A DNA stretch of 64,000 bases from Octopus sinensis (taxonomy: Eukaryota), in the NCBI RefSeq assembly GCF_006345805.1, contig NC_043009.1, positions 60,512,001 through 60,576,000 of the forward strand, given 5' to 3'. Shown here one piece after another: positions 35,116-48,100 of the stretch. Position 1 is the stretch's first letter. Every line of letters begins with the position of its first letter. The notes beneath the pieces are model-generated. The model ran no database searches. It saw only the letters and a list, made by a program, of their open reading frames with translations, and was not told the DNA's origin. A program made the position numbers and the translations under genes.

Positions 35116-35738
35116 GTATTAGTATATACTGTTGTGAAATATTTTATTTTAATTTTTATGTATTAATTGTATTAATCGAATTATATTTTCTATATAATTA
35201 ATGACAATATGTATTTTAAATCCGCTCTTCGATTTAAGGTTTTTCCTCGATTTTTTTAATAATTTATACTGAATTCATTTATTTCGTTTATTTTGTTTTT
35301 CGCATGTTTAAGACCGTTATTTCACAGGACCAATGAAACAAATCCATTTTTAAAGGTGTATCCTTTAACTAGTTTTGATCAAATTGTTACTTCTGTTCTA
35401 TTATTAACAAAACTGTCCGACGAACGGGAACGTGAAATTGATGTAATGATTGCATTGTTCAATTAAATAGATTCGCTTGAAACGGTCGTACTGCATCATC
35501 ATTTCATATCCTGTTGCTTATTTTGTGTGTGTGTGTGTGAGAGAGAGAGAGTATGTGTGTGTATGTGTGTGTGTCTGCATTTGTCTCCCCACTATCGCTT
35601 GACAACCAATGTTGGTGTGTTTACATCCCCAAAACTTAGCGGTTCAATAATATTTATATTATATTATATTATATTATATTATATTATATTATATTATATT
35701 ATATTATATTTGTTACATTTCTACTGCTTTTAAATAAA

Positions 35739-35866
<128 letters not shown>

Positions 35867-36335
35867 CAATAATAATAATTTATATATTTTGCATTTTTCA
35901 CATCTCTCTAACTCCGAAACGCGTATACAGTTAATCAGAGCCGGGTAGATTCGTTATTTTTTTCTCTTTACCTGCGTGAGTTGTTGAGTATTGCTGTCTG
36001 GGAGATGTCATATAGTAGTAGAATAGTAGATTTTAACAGCTATTTCTAAATTTCGGTATGTGGTGAAGCAAATTTTGATGAACCCTAATTATAATTATAC
36101 TCATGATTATATAGAATTTATATACATACATACATACATAATACATACATATATATATATATATATCAGATACAATATAAATGAATTTTCTATTTCTATT
36201 TCTATGTCTTGTTATATTTGTAATATATCATGTATAATATAACTGCTGTTGTGTAATGGTTTAATAAAGTATTGATTGGGTATTATCTGATGGTTGATGA
36301 TTGATTTAGGTATATTTCTCCATTTTCTCATTTTG

Positions 36336-36443
<108 letters not shown>

Positions 36444-36764
36444 AGTGTCTGAAGTGGTGTACAGATAGTGTATATTGAGAAAAAGGAGGCAGTCAGAGTT
36501 TTGGATAATTCTTTGTAAGCACTTTCGTTCGTTTTTCGAACTCGTCAAGACTAAATCAAAATGGTAAAAACAGAACGTTCCGTTGCTCATTTATATCGGA
36601 TGCTTCTTTGCTTTGTTTGGAAGAGGAGAATATTGTTTTTGTTTTTGGGGAAAAATGAGGAGAGAGAGAGAAAGAAAAGTAGAACACGCATACAGGGTGC
36701 GGACAGTATTAATTCACAATTTCCAGCTACTAATTGTACACGTATTTTTTTCTTTTCCTTTTTA

Positions 36765-36905
36765 CTTTCAGTTTCCGTCCACCAAACACACTCACAAGAC
36801 TTTGGACAGCCCGAGACTATAATGGAAGACACTTAGCCAAGGTGCCACGCAGTGGGACTGAACCTGGAACAGTGTGGTTGGGAAACAAACTTCTTACCAC
36901 AAAGC
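36765..36905 (-). mobile_element. SINE family C head fragment
   Basis: Degenerate match. Confidence 0.7.
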
Positions 36906-38068
36906 CATACCCACAGGAGCAAATAAGCCCAACGGTTGATTCGTAATCAAAATCCGGTTTGTAGTTGTTACGGTTTACATATGATATCCTAGATACATAG
37001 ATCTCGGTCGTATCTGCTCAATTACAATTATTAACAATATTGAGCCCTTCAGAATTAATTTTAAGGGTAGACCTAAATGCACGATTACTATTGCTATAAT
37101 GCTCCCTGCAAATTACGTTATTATGTTTAGGTTATAGAAATTTCCCATTTTGTCGGGATGCCCAAGAACCCCTGATACTTAACTGAACTTTTTGATGAGG
37201 TTGACCAGTTTCTTTCGGTATTCATTCCGTAATGGGTATTTTTTGAATTTCATAGTCCTAATCATACTAATGAAGTCCTTCTCGAACCCTGCGAAATAGG
37301 GGCCATATTGTGGATTATACTAAGGCTTGAATTCAAGCTTCAAATCGCTGTTGATATTCTGCGTTTGTTGGAATGATAAACCTTCCACCTCATGCATTGT
37401 ACGAAGTCGACTACGTACACATTTATCAAAAACTAGCGTCCTTTGAATCGATCTACTCATCTGACTATGTTAGAAATCATTACTGTAAGGCCAATGAGTT
37501 GCGTGATGATGAACTTGTAGAGCGTGAAACAAAACCGTGTACGACGCTGACTTACGTTCCTTCAGTGTCTGCGATCAAATCCTGCCACGGTCTGTTTTTT
37601 GCGTGTCGACCTTCATCGGTCAATAAAATAAAATAATTGTCAAATTAGATTTAATTAGCTTTACTCCACTCCTAAAGTTTTAATAAGGCAGCGAGCTGAC
37701 AGAATCGTCAGCTCGCCGGGCAAAATGCTTGGCGGTATTCCGTCCATCTTCACGTTCTGAGTTCAGATTCCGTCAAGGAGGAGATAGTGTTAGTTGAAGG
37801 CTACCAAACGTGCCATACACAGACAACTTCAGCTTTATATATAGAGAGAGATTTCATTTAAAAGATAATTTATTATCATTTATTTTTTTCGATCGGAAGT
37901 TCATGCTCGAGGCTCTTTAACGGGTATCCAAGACTGGTGGGCTGGAGGTACTTCAAACATGGCCTGCTAAGCTGTCAGGTAGAGGCGCTAAGTCTTTTGA
38001 GGGTCGATGTAATCGACTAGTCTCCACACCACCAAATTTCAGGTCCTGTGCCTTTAGTAGAAAGGATT

Positions 38069-38100
<32 letters not shown>

Positions 38101-38190
38101 TATTATTATTATTATTATTATTATTACATTGGATATCCACTAAACTGTTTCCCCTAAAAGCTGTTGGCCTTATACCAAAATTTGAAAAAA

Positions 38191-38883
38191 TGGCCAGTTG
38201 TCAGAATCGTTAGCGTGTCGAACAAAATGCTTAAAGGTATTTCGTCTGTCTTTATGTTCTGAGTTCAAATTCCGCCGAGGTCGACTTTGCCTTTCATCCC
38301 TTCGGGGTCGATTAAATAAGTACCAGTTACGCACTGGGGTCGATGTTATCGACTTAATCCGTTTGTCTGTCCTTGTTTGTCCTCTCTGTGTTTAGCCCCT
38401 TGTGGGTAATAAAGAAATAGGTATTTCGTCTGTCTTTATGTTCTGAGTTCAAATTCCGCCGAAGTCGACTTTGCCTTTCATCCTTTCGGGGTCGATTAAA
38501 TAAGTACCAGTTACGCACTGGGGTCGATGTAATCGACTTAATCCGTTTGTCTGTCCTTGTTTGTCCTCTCTGTGTTTAGCCCCTTGTGGGTAGTAAAGAA
38601 ATAGGTATTTCGTCTGTCTTTATGTTCTGAGTTCAAATTCCGCCGAGGTCGACTTTGCCTTTCATCCCTTCGGGGTCGATTAAATAAGTACCAGTTACGC
38701 ACTGGGGTCGATATAATCGACTTAATCTGTTTGTCTGTTCTTGTTTGTCATCTCTGTGTTTAGCCCCTTGTGGGTAGTAAAGAAATAGGTATTTCGTCTG
38801 CCGCTACGTTCTGAGTTCAAATTCCGCCGAGGTTGACTTTGCCTTTCATCCTTTCGGGAATCGATAAATTAAGTACCAGTTAT
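38191..38883 (+). mobile_element. Tandem array of SINE family A (184-bp period)
   Basis: Junction AAAGAAATAG|GTATTTCGTC at 38420, 38604 and 38788. Confidence 0.9.
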
Positions 38884-39555
38884 CAAAAAAAAAAAAAAGA
38901 TTCATAACAACAGAAATCAACTAAAATTATTCATGGCAGTGCTCCAGTATGGGCCGCAGCCAAATGACTGAAACAAGTAAAAGAATACTTTAAAATTTAT
39001 ACAAACATAAATACAAACCTGAATATATTTGAAATTATAACATTCTTACGAAATCTTTATATATAGAGAGAGATTTCATTTAAAAGATAATTTATTATCA
39101 TTTTTTTTTTTCGATCGGAAGTTCATGCTCGAGGCTCTTTAACGGGTATCCAAGACTGGTGGGCTGGAGGTACTTCAAACATGGCCTGCTAAGCTGTCAG
39201 GTAGAGGCGCTAAGTCGGGAAGTGGAATTAACACTGTTGTCTATGTAGGAAGTGGTAGGATTTGAACTCAGAACTCGAAGACCCAAACCAATCACGACAA
39301 GGCATGTGATTCAGATTACAATTCAACAATTACATTACTCTTTATTGGCACATTCTACTGGCCCAAAAGAATGCAAAGCAAAATGGCCTTCGACTGGAGG
39401 CTGGGGCTTGAACTAAGATCACGCAGAGTCGATATAAGCAGTGAGAGGTTTTGATCCGATCCTCTAATCACTCTGCCAATTCGCCGCCATAAGTTAGTTC
39501 TACTATGATTATTGTTTTCGATCAATGTGTCTTTCGTCCAATTTGTTTTTCTATA

Positions 39556-39926
39556 TCTTTTACTCTTTTACGTGTTTCAGTCATTTGACTGCGGCCATGC
39601 TGGAGCACCGCCTTTAGTCGAGCAAATCGACCCCGGGACTTATTCTTTTGTAAGCCCAGTACTTATTCTATCGGTCTCTTTTGCCGAACCGCTAAGTGAC
39701 GGTGACGTAAACACACCAGCATCGGTTGTCAAGCAATGCTAGGGGGACAAACACAGACACATAAACACACACACACACATAAATATATATACATATATAC
39801 GACAGGCTTTTTTCAGTTTCCGTCTACCAAATCCACTCACAAGGCATTGGTCGGCCCGGGGCTATAGCAGAAGACACTTGCCCATGATGCCACGCAGTGG
39901 GACTGAACCCGGAACCATGTGGTTGG
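39556..39926 (-). mobile_element. SINE family C
   Basis: Near-identical to 12946-13335. Confidence 0.9.
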
Positions 39927-40454
39927 TTATCTTTTAACCAACATACTTTCCACCAATGTGTTTCAATGAATTTACCATATGCCATATGCGCGCGGTCGCG
40001 CGTCTGTGTGATTTCTTGTTTGTTTTCAGCGACTCAAATTTTACATTTAATCTATTTATTCAATGCTGCTTTGTGCGACGTAATATAATTCCAGCGTGAG
40101 CAAGCGTTACATTACGAACATCAGCAAAAATTTCCATATGCTGTTTTTATAAGAATAATTTCGTTAGTAAGGGGGAGACACACAAATAAGAAAGAAGAAA
40201 GCAAAGGACCACTGATGAGGTCACAGAAGTGTGATGAAAGAACTCTGGCCGAAATAAGATTAAGATTAATGTAAAAAGTAAATAAAGCTGGAGCAAATTA
40301 ACACCAAATATATAGTGCGTGTGTTTTTATTGGTTAAACTGGCAAAATGACCATTCCTAAATACAACAAATTCTATTTTCGTAACAGACGAAGCGGGATT
40401 ACAGAGAAATGCTTGTGTCCTACGAATTACTCACAGACCAAAATAAAATGTGGT

Positions 40455-40847
40455 TTTGCTTACTTGTTTCAACCATTTGACTGCTGCCATGCTGGAGCAC
40501 CACCTTTAGTCGAGCAAATCGACCCCAGGACTTATTCTTTGTAAGCCTAGTACTTATTCTATCGGTTTCTCTTGCCGAACCGCTAAGTTACGGGGACGAA
40601 AACACACCACCATCAGTTGTCAAGCGATGTTGGGGGGACAAAGACAGACACACAAACATGTACAGACACATATATATATACATATATACTACGGGCTTCT
40701 TTCAGTTTCCGTCTACCAAATCCACTGACAAGGCTTTGGTCAGCCCGAGGCTATAGTAGAAGATGCTTGCCCAAGGTGCCACGCAGTAGGACTGAACTCG
40801 GAACCAACTGGTTGGTAAGCAAGCTACTTACCACACAGCCACTCCTG
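40455..40847 (-). mobile_element. SINE family C
   Basis: Full-length match. Confidence 0.9.
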
Positions 40848-40888
40848 TATATATATATATATACATACATACATACATATATATAATA

Positions 40889-40937
<49 letters not shown>

Positions 40938-40943
40938 ATATAT

Positions 40944-41023
<80 letters not shown>

Positions 41024-41044
41024 TATATATATATATAATATATA

Positions 41045-41560
41045 TATATATATACTTACATATAAGAGACCGAAGTGTACGTTCGCCGCTATATTTTTTT
41101 ATATATAAAAATACAAAAATGAACGCAAAACATCCAGTCAGACGATACAAAAGGAAACAAAGACGCCTCATTCGGAGTTTTCTATCCTCAGTCGAATTCC
41201 AGATTAGCTTTGCAATTTCGGCTGGTTATACTCGAGATTGCTCCAATCTGGCCAGCCCCAAGGAAAAACTAAGTGAAGAGTATTAGATTCCTTGGAAGAA
41301 AGCAGCGAATCTATACGAAAACAAGGACGAAAATAAAAACGGAGAATGTTACACAAATACAAATGCAAATAACAGGACATAACAACAGGTGTCTTTCGAC
41401 TAAGGATGAATTAAATTAAGCTTCGTGTGTGAAAGTGAAGCCTTACGGCAGGGACATAAGAGGTGACAGACATGGGGAGGAATATAGATGTTGCACGGAT
41501 GGTAGTCGAACCAAGAAAGAAAGGTCAGGCTTGGCCGAACACCGGTCACGTGGGGAGAGA
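41045..41560 (+). repeat. Interspersed repeat homologous to 28200-28620
   Basis: Shared CTCCAATCTGGCCAGCCCCAAGGAAAAACTAAG block; next to (TA)n. Confidence 0.6.
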
Positions 41561-41897
41561 AGAGAGAGAGAGAGGTAGAGGCAGAGGGATCACTTCACTG
41601 TGTCCCTTTCATTTTTTTCTCTCCCCTCCTTAATTCTTCTATTTCTCTTATCGTTTATGCAAATGTAACAGAGAAAAACAAAACATTCCGATTCACCAAA
41701 TCAGAATTTAATGAGTCCGAGCCACTCAGCCACTGAGTATTTCTGCTAATTTTGATGAAAATTCGTCCAGCCGTTTCCTAGTAATTTTGCAAACACACAG
41801 ACAAGCAGACGAAGATGAATGAATAGAATAAACTGCTTTCGCCAACGCGCGTAGGGTAAATATATACATGCATACAAATATGTACTTTCATACTTAT

Positions 41898-42297
41898 GCT
41901 GGCAGAATCGTTAGCACGCCGGGTGAAATGCTTTGTGGTATTTCGTCCGCCGCTGCGTTCTGAGTTCAAATTCCACCGAGGTCGACTTTGCCTTTCATCC
42001 TTTCGGGGTCGATTAATTAAGTACCAGTTACGCACTAGGTCGATGTAATCGACTTAATCCGTATGTTTGTCATTGTTTGTCCCCTCTGTGTTTAGCCCCT
42101 TGTGGGTAATAAAGAAATAGGTATTTCGTCCGCCGCTACGTTCTGAGTTCAAATTCCACCGAGGTCGACTTTGCCTTTCATCCTTTCGGGGTCGATTAAA
42201 TAAGTACCAGTTACGCATAGGGGTCTATGTAATCCCTTTGTCTGTCATTGTTTGTCCCCCTCTGTGTTTAGCCCATTGTGGGTAGTAAAGAAATAGT
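41898..42297 (+). mobile_element. SINE family A tandem dimer
   Basis: Same junction at 42120/42121. Confidence 0.9.
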
Positions 42298-42592
42298 GTA
42301 TATATATTTGTGTGTTGTGTGTGTTTAAATCATTTTTTGATACATTCTATTACATTTTCAGACATGTCATTGAGGCAGTTGCGAACCTCTTTCAGTCTCG
42401 TGCGGCAATACTTTGAAATCTGAGGCGTTAGTTGGCAAAGAGGCTGCCAACACTGTTACAACAAACAGGATATAATAGCTTTTGCAGAATTTGACCATGT
42501 TGTCACTTCTTGTCAACAGTGACAGATGATTAGATTTAATAATTAATGTCAGTACAAATAGAGAAGAAAACAAAAGTAGATAAAAACAACGT

Positions 42593-43129
42593 GTGCGTAT
42601 GTGTGTGTGCGTGCATGTGTGCGTGCGTGTGTGTGTGTGTGTGTGCGTATGTGTGTGTGTTTGCATGATTGTGTGTGTGTGCGTGTGGTGTGTGTTTTGT
42701 TGTTTTTGTGTGTGTGTTTGTGTGTGTGTGTTTGCGTGTGTGTGTGTTTGCGTGTTTGTGTGTGTGTGTGTTTGCGTGTGTGTGTGTTTGCGTGTTTGTG
42801 GTGTGTGTTTGCGTGTTTGTGTGTGTGCGTGTGTGTGTGTGTGTTTGCGTGTTTGTGTTGTGTGTGTGTGTTTGCGTGTTTGTGTGTGTGGTGTGTGTGT
42901 GGTGTTTGCGTGTTTGTGTGTGTGCGTGTGTGTGTGTGTGTTTGCGTGTTGGTGTGTGTGTGTGTGTGTGTGTTTGCGTGTTTGTGTGTGTGTGTGGCGT
43001 GTTTGTGGTGTGCGTGTGTGTGTGTGTGTTTGCGTGTTTGTGTGTGTGTGTTTGCGTGTTGTGTGGGTCGTGTGTGGCGTGTGTGTGTGTGTGTTTGCGT
43101 GTTTGTGTGTGTGTGTTTGCGTGTTTGTG

Positions 43130-43160
<31 letters not shown>

Positions 43161-44237
43161 TTGCGTGTTTGTGTGTGTGCGTGGTGTGTGTGTGTGTGTG
43201 TTTGCGTGTTGTGTGTGTGTGTTTGCGTGTTTGTGTGTGTGCGTGTGTGTGGTGTGTTTGCGTGTTTGTGTGTGTGGTGTTTGCGTGTTTGTGTGTGTGC
43301 GTGTGTGTGTGTGTGTGTTTGCGTGTTTGTTGTTGTGTGGTTTGCGTGTTTGTGTGTGTGTGCGTGTGTGTGTGGTTGTGTGTTTGCGTGTTTGTGTGTG
43401 TGTGTTTGCGTGTTTGTGTGTGTGCGTTGTGTGTGTGTGTGTGTGTGTGTTTGCGTGTTTGTGTGTGTGTGTTTCGTGTTGTGTGTGTGTGCGTGTGTGT
43501 GTGGTGTGTGTGTGTGTTTGCGTGTTTGTGTGTGTGCGTGTGTGTGTGTGGTGTGTGTGTGTTTGCGTGTTTGTGGTGTGTGTTTGCGTGTTTGTGTGTG
43601 TGCGTGTGTGTGTGTGTGTTTGCGTGTTTGTGTGTGGTGTGTGTGTTGTGTGTTTGGGCGTGTTTGTGTGTGTGCTGTGTGTGTGTGTGTTTGCGTTTTG
43701 GTGTGTGGTGTGTGTGTGTTTGCGTGTTTGTGTGTGTGTTTTGCGTGTTGTGTGTGGCGTGTGTGTGTGTGTGTTTGCGTGTTTGTGTGTGTGTGTTTGC
43801 GTGTTTGTGTGGTGTGCGTGTGCGTGTGTGTGTGTGTGTTTGCGTGTTTGTGTGTGTGTGTTTGCGTGTTTGTGTGTGTGCGTGTGTGTGTGTGTGGTGT
43901 TGTGTGTGCGTGTTTGTGTGGGGGTGTGTGTGCGTGTGTGTGTGTGTGTGTGTGTTTGCGTGTTTGTGTGTGTGTGTTTGCGTGTTTGTGTGTGTGCGTG
44001 TGGTGTGTGTGTGTTTGCGTGTTTGTGTGTGTGTGTTTGCGTGTTTGTTGGTGTGCGTGGTGTGTTGTGTGTTTGCGTGTTTGTGTGTGTGTGTTTGCGT
44101 GTTGTGTGTGTGGCGTGTGTGTGTTGTGGTGTGTGTTTGCGTGTTTGTGTGTGTGTTTGCGTGTTTGTGTGTGTGCGTGTGTGGTGTGTGTGTGTGTGTG
44201 TGTTTGCGTGTTGTGTGTGTGTGTTTGCGTGTTTGTG

Positions 44238-44268
<31 letters not shown>

Positions 44269-44480
44269 TTGCGTGTTTGTGTGTGTGCGTGTGTGTGTGT
44301 GTGTGTGTGGTGTTTTTGCGTTTTGTGTGTTTGTGTGTGGTTTGCGTGTTTGTGTGTGTGCGTGTGTGTGTGTGTGGGGTTGTTTTGCGTGGTTGTGTGG
44401 TGTGTTTGCGTGTTTGTGTGTGTGCGTGTGTGTGTGTGTGCATGTGTGTGTGTGTGTGTGTGTTTGCGTGTTCGTGTGTG
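42593..44480. repeat. 1.9-kb compound (GT)n array punctuated by TTTGCGTGTTT
   Basis: Visible; the source of the 600-700 aa HT/CV ORFs. Confidence 0.95.
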
Positions 44481-44809
44481 TAATCCTTCTCATATGGAAT
44501 ATGTTTGTTAAAAATCTTCTTTGTCACGAATGGCGAAAAAGCTGGCCTCTACAGGAAGTAAAGCTCTTTTCATTGAAATTTAGGAACAGCAACCGGGTGT
44601 TCGTCTGTGTATGATGCATGTATTGTTGTATGAATGTACGTGTGCAGGTGGGTAGGTTGATGGGTGGGTAGCTAGGTAAGTAGGTAGGCTGGTAGTTAAA
44701 TAGGTAGGTAGGTAGGTAGGTAGGTGGGTAGCTATGCGTATAACCAAATATCCTTTCTACTCTTGTACGAGGCCTTAAATTTATTGGGAGGATTGGCTAA
44801 ATAAGAGGA

Positions 44810-45130
44810 AAATACAGCTGGAAAATATGTGGAGACTTGAAGGTGATTGGAATGTTGATGGGAATGCAAACTGGGTTCACGAAATATTGTTGCTTTTTAT
44901 ACCAATGGGACAGTTGTGCAACTAACAAGCACTATGTGCAATCAGAGTGGCCCTTGCGAAAATCATACGAGCCAGGACTTTCTAGCGTGCAGAGTAAGCC
45001 ACTTTTAAACCCAGAAAATGTTTTTCTTCCCCCTCTTCACATAAAGCTTGGCCCCATGGAACAATTTGTGAAGACACTTGCCAGGAAAAACTCAGATGTC
45101 AGGAATGTCTGGAATGTTAGGAATTTCAGA
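44810..45130 (+). mobile_element. DNA transposase relic, probably Chapaev (CMC) type
   Basis: WKICGDLKVIGMLMGMQTGFTKYCCFLYQWDS...LPPLHIKLGPMEQFVK; family assignment from recalled motif similarity. Confidence 0.65.
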
Positions 45131-48100
45131 GATTAAAGACGGTGCCGACAAAGATCAAAGACGGTGCCGACAAAGATCAAAGAGTGTGCCGACATAGATC
45201 AAAGAGTGTGCCGACAAAGATCAAAGACGGTGCCGACAAAGATCAAAGACGGTGCCGACAGAGATCAAAGAGTGTGCCGACAAATATCAAAGACGGTGCC
45301 GACAGAGGTCAAAGAGTGTGCCGACAAAGATCAAAGACGGTGCCGACAGAGATCAAAGACGGTGCCGACAAAGATCAAAGAGTGTGCAAACAGAGATCAA
45401 AGAGTGTGCCGACAAAGATCAAAGACGGTGCCGACAGAGATCAAAGAGTGTGTCGACAAAGATCAAAAAGTGTGCCGACAAAGATCAAAGACGGTGCCGA
45501 CATAGATCAAAGTGTGCCGACAAAGATCAAAGATGGTGCAGACAGAGATCAAAGAGTGTGCCGACAAAGATCAAAGAATGTGCCGACAAAGATCAAAGAC
45601 GGTGCCGATATAGGTCAAAGAGTGTGCCGACAAAGATCAAAGACGGTGCCGACCGAGATCAAAGAGTGCGTCGACAAAGATCAAAGACGGTGCCGACAGA
45701 GATCAAAGAGTGTGCCGACAAAGATCAAAGAGTGTGCCGACCAAGATCAAAGACGGTCCAAACATAGATCAAAGAGTGTGCCGACAAAGATCAAAGACGG
45801 TGCCGACAGAGATCAAAGAGTGTTCCGACAAAGATCAAAGACGGTGCCGACAGAGATCAAAGAGTGTGCCGACAAAGATCAAAGACGGTGCCGACAGAGA
45901 TCAAAGAGTGTGCCGACAAAGATCAAAGAGTGTGCCGACATAGATAAAAAACGGTGCCGACAGAGATCAAAGAGTGTGCCGACAAAGATCAAAGACGGTG
46001 CAGACAGAGATCAAAGAGTGTGCCGACAAAGATCAAAGACGGTGCCGACAGAGTTCAAAGAGTCTGCCGACAAAGATCAAAGAGTGTGCCGACAAAGATC
46101 AAAGAGTGTGCCGACAAAGATCAAAGACGGTGCCGACAGAGATCAAATAGTGTGCCGACAAAGATCAAAGACGGTGCCGATAGAGATCAAAGAGTATGCC
46201 GACAAAGATCAAAGAGTGTGCCGACAAAGATCAAAGAGTGTGCCGACAAAGATCAAAGACGGTGCCGACAGAGATCAAAGAGTGTTCCGACAAAGATCAA
46301 AGACGGTGCCGACAGAGATCAAAGAGTGTGCCGACAAAGATCAAAGACGGTGCCGACAGAGATCAAAGAGTGTGCCGACAAAGATCAAAGAGTGTGTGCC
46401 GACATAGATAAAAAACGGTGCCGACATAGATCAAAGAGTGTGCCGACAAAGATCAAAGACGGTGCCGACAGAGATCAAAGCCGGTGCCGACAGAGATCAA
46501 AGACGGTGCCGACAGAGATCAAAGTGTGTGCCGACAAAGATCAAACACGGTGCCGACAGAGATCAAAGAGTGTGCGGACAAAGATCAAAGAGCGTGCCGT
46601 CAAAGATCAAAAGAGTGCCGACAAAGATCAAAGAGTTGTGCCGACAAAGATCAAAGAGCGTGCCGTCAAAGATCAAAGAGTGTGCCGACAGAGATCAAAG
46701 ACGGTGCCGACAAAGATCAAAGAGTGTGCCGAGAAAGATCAAAGACGGTGCCGACAAAGATCAAAGACGGTGCCGACAGAGATCAAAGAGTGTGCCGATA
46801 AAGAACAAAGACGGTGCCGACAAAGATCAAAGAGTGTGCCGACAAAGATCAAAGACGGTGCCGACAGAGATCAAAGAGTTGTGCCGTCAAAGATCAAAGA
46901 GTGTGCCGACAAAGATCAAAGACGGTGCCGACAGAGATCAAAGAGTGTGCCGACAAAGATCAAAGACGGTGCCGACAGAGATCAAAGTGTGTGCCGACAA
47001 AGATCAAAGACGGGGCCGACAGAGATCAAAAACGGTGCCGACAAAGATCAAAGAGTGTGCCGACAGAGATCAAAGAGTGTGCCGACAAAGATCAAAGACG
47101 GTGCCGACAGAGATCAAAGTGTGTGCCGACAAAGATCAAAGACGGGGCCGACAGAGATCAAAAACGGTGCCGACAAAGATCAAAGAGTGTGCCGACAGAG
47201 ATCAAAGAGTGTGCCGACAAAGATCAAAGACGGTGTCGACAGATATCAAAGAGTGTGTCGACAAAGATCAAAAAGTATGCCGACAAAGATCAAAGCCGGT
47301 GCCGACAGAGATCAAAGACCATGCCGACAAAGATCAAAGACGGTGCCGACATAGTTCAAAGTGTGTGCCGACAAAGATCAAAGACGTTGCCGACAAAGAT
47401 CAAATAGTGTGCCGACAAATATCAAAGCCGGTGCCGACAGAGATCAAAGACCATGCCGACAAAGATCAAAGACGGTGCCGACATAGATCAAAGAGTGTGC
47501 CGACAAAGATCAAAGAATGTGCCGACAAAGATCAAAGACGTTGCCGATATAGATCAAAGAGTGTGCCGACAAAGATCAAAGACGTTGCCGACAAAGATCA
47601 AAGAGTGTGCCGACAAAGATCAAAGAGTGTGCCGACAAAGATAAAAGAGTGTGCCGACAAAGATCAAATACGGTGCCAACAAAGATCAAAGACGGTGCCG
47701 ACAGAGATGAAAGAGTGTGCCGACAAAGATCAAAGACGGTGCCGACAGAGATCAAAGCCGGTGCCGACAGAGATCAAAGACGGTGCTGGCAGAGATCAAA
47801 GAATGTGCCAACAAAGATCAAACACGGTGCCGACAGAGATCAAAAAGTGTGCCGACAAAGATCAAAAAGTGTGCCGACAAATATCAAAGACGGTGCCGAC
47901 AGATATCAAAGACGGTGCCGACATAGATCAAAGAGTGTGCCGACAAAGACCAAAGACGGTGCCGATATAGATCAAAGAGTGTGCCGACAAAGATCAAAGA
48001 CGTTGCCGACAGAGATCAAAGAGTGTGCCGACAAAGATCAAAGATTGTGCCGACAAAGATAAAAGAGTGTGCCGACAAAGATCAAATACGGTGCCAATAA

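Noticed and set aside
37373-37636. 87-aa + strand ORF in non-repetitive sequence
   Set aside because: No recognisable motif or splice signals; within chance length.
40205-40260. CTGATGA-GGTCA...TGGCC-GAAA hammerhead core
   Set aside because: Core and stem II are canonical but nothing downstream can form stem I; at most a truncated relic.
42367-44614. 600-700 aa HT/CV-rich ORFs
   Set aside because: Translations of a GT microsatellite, open on both strands for compositional reasons.
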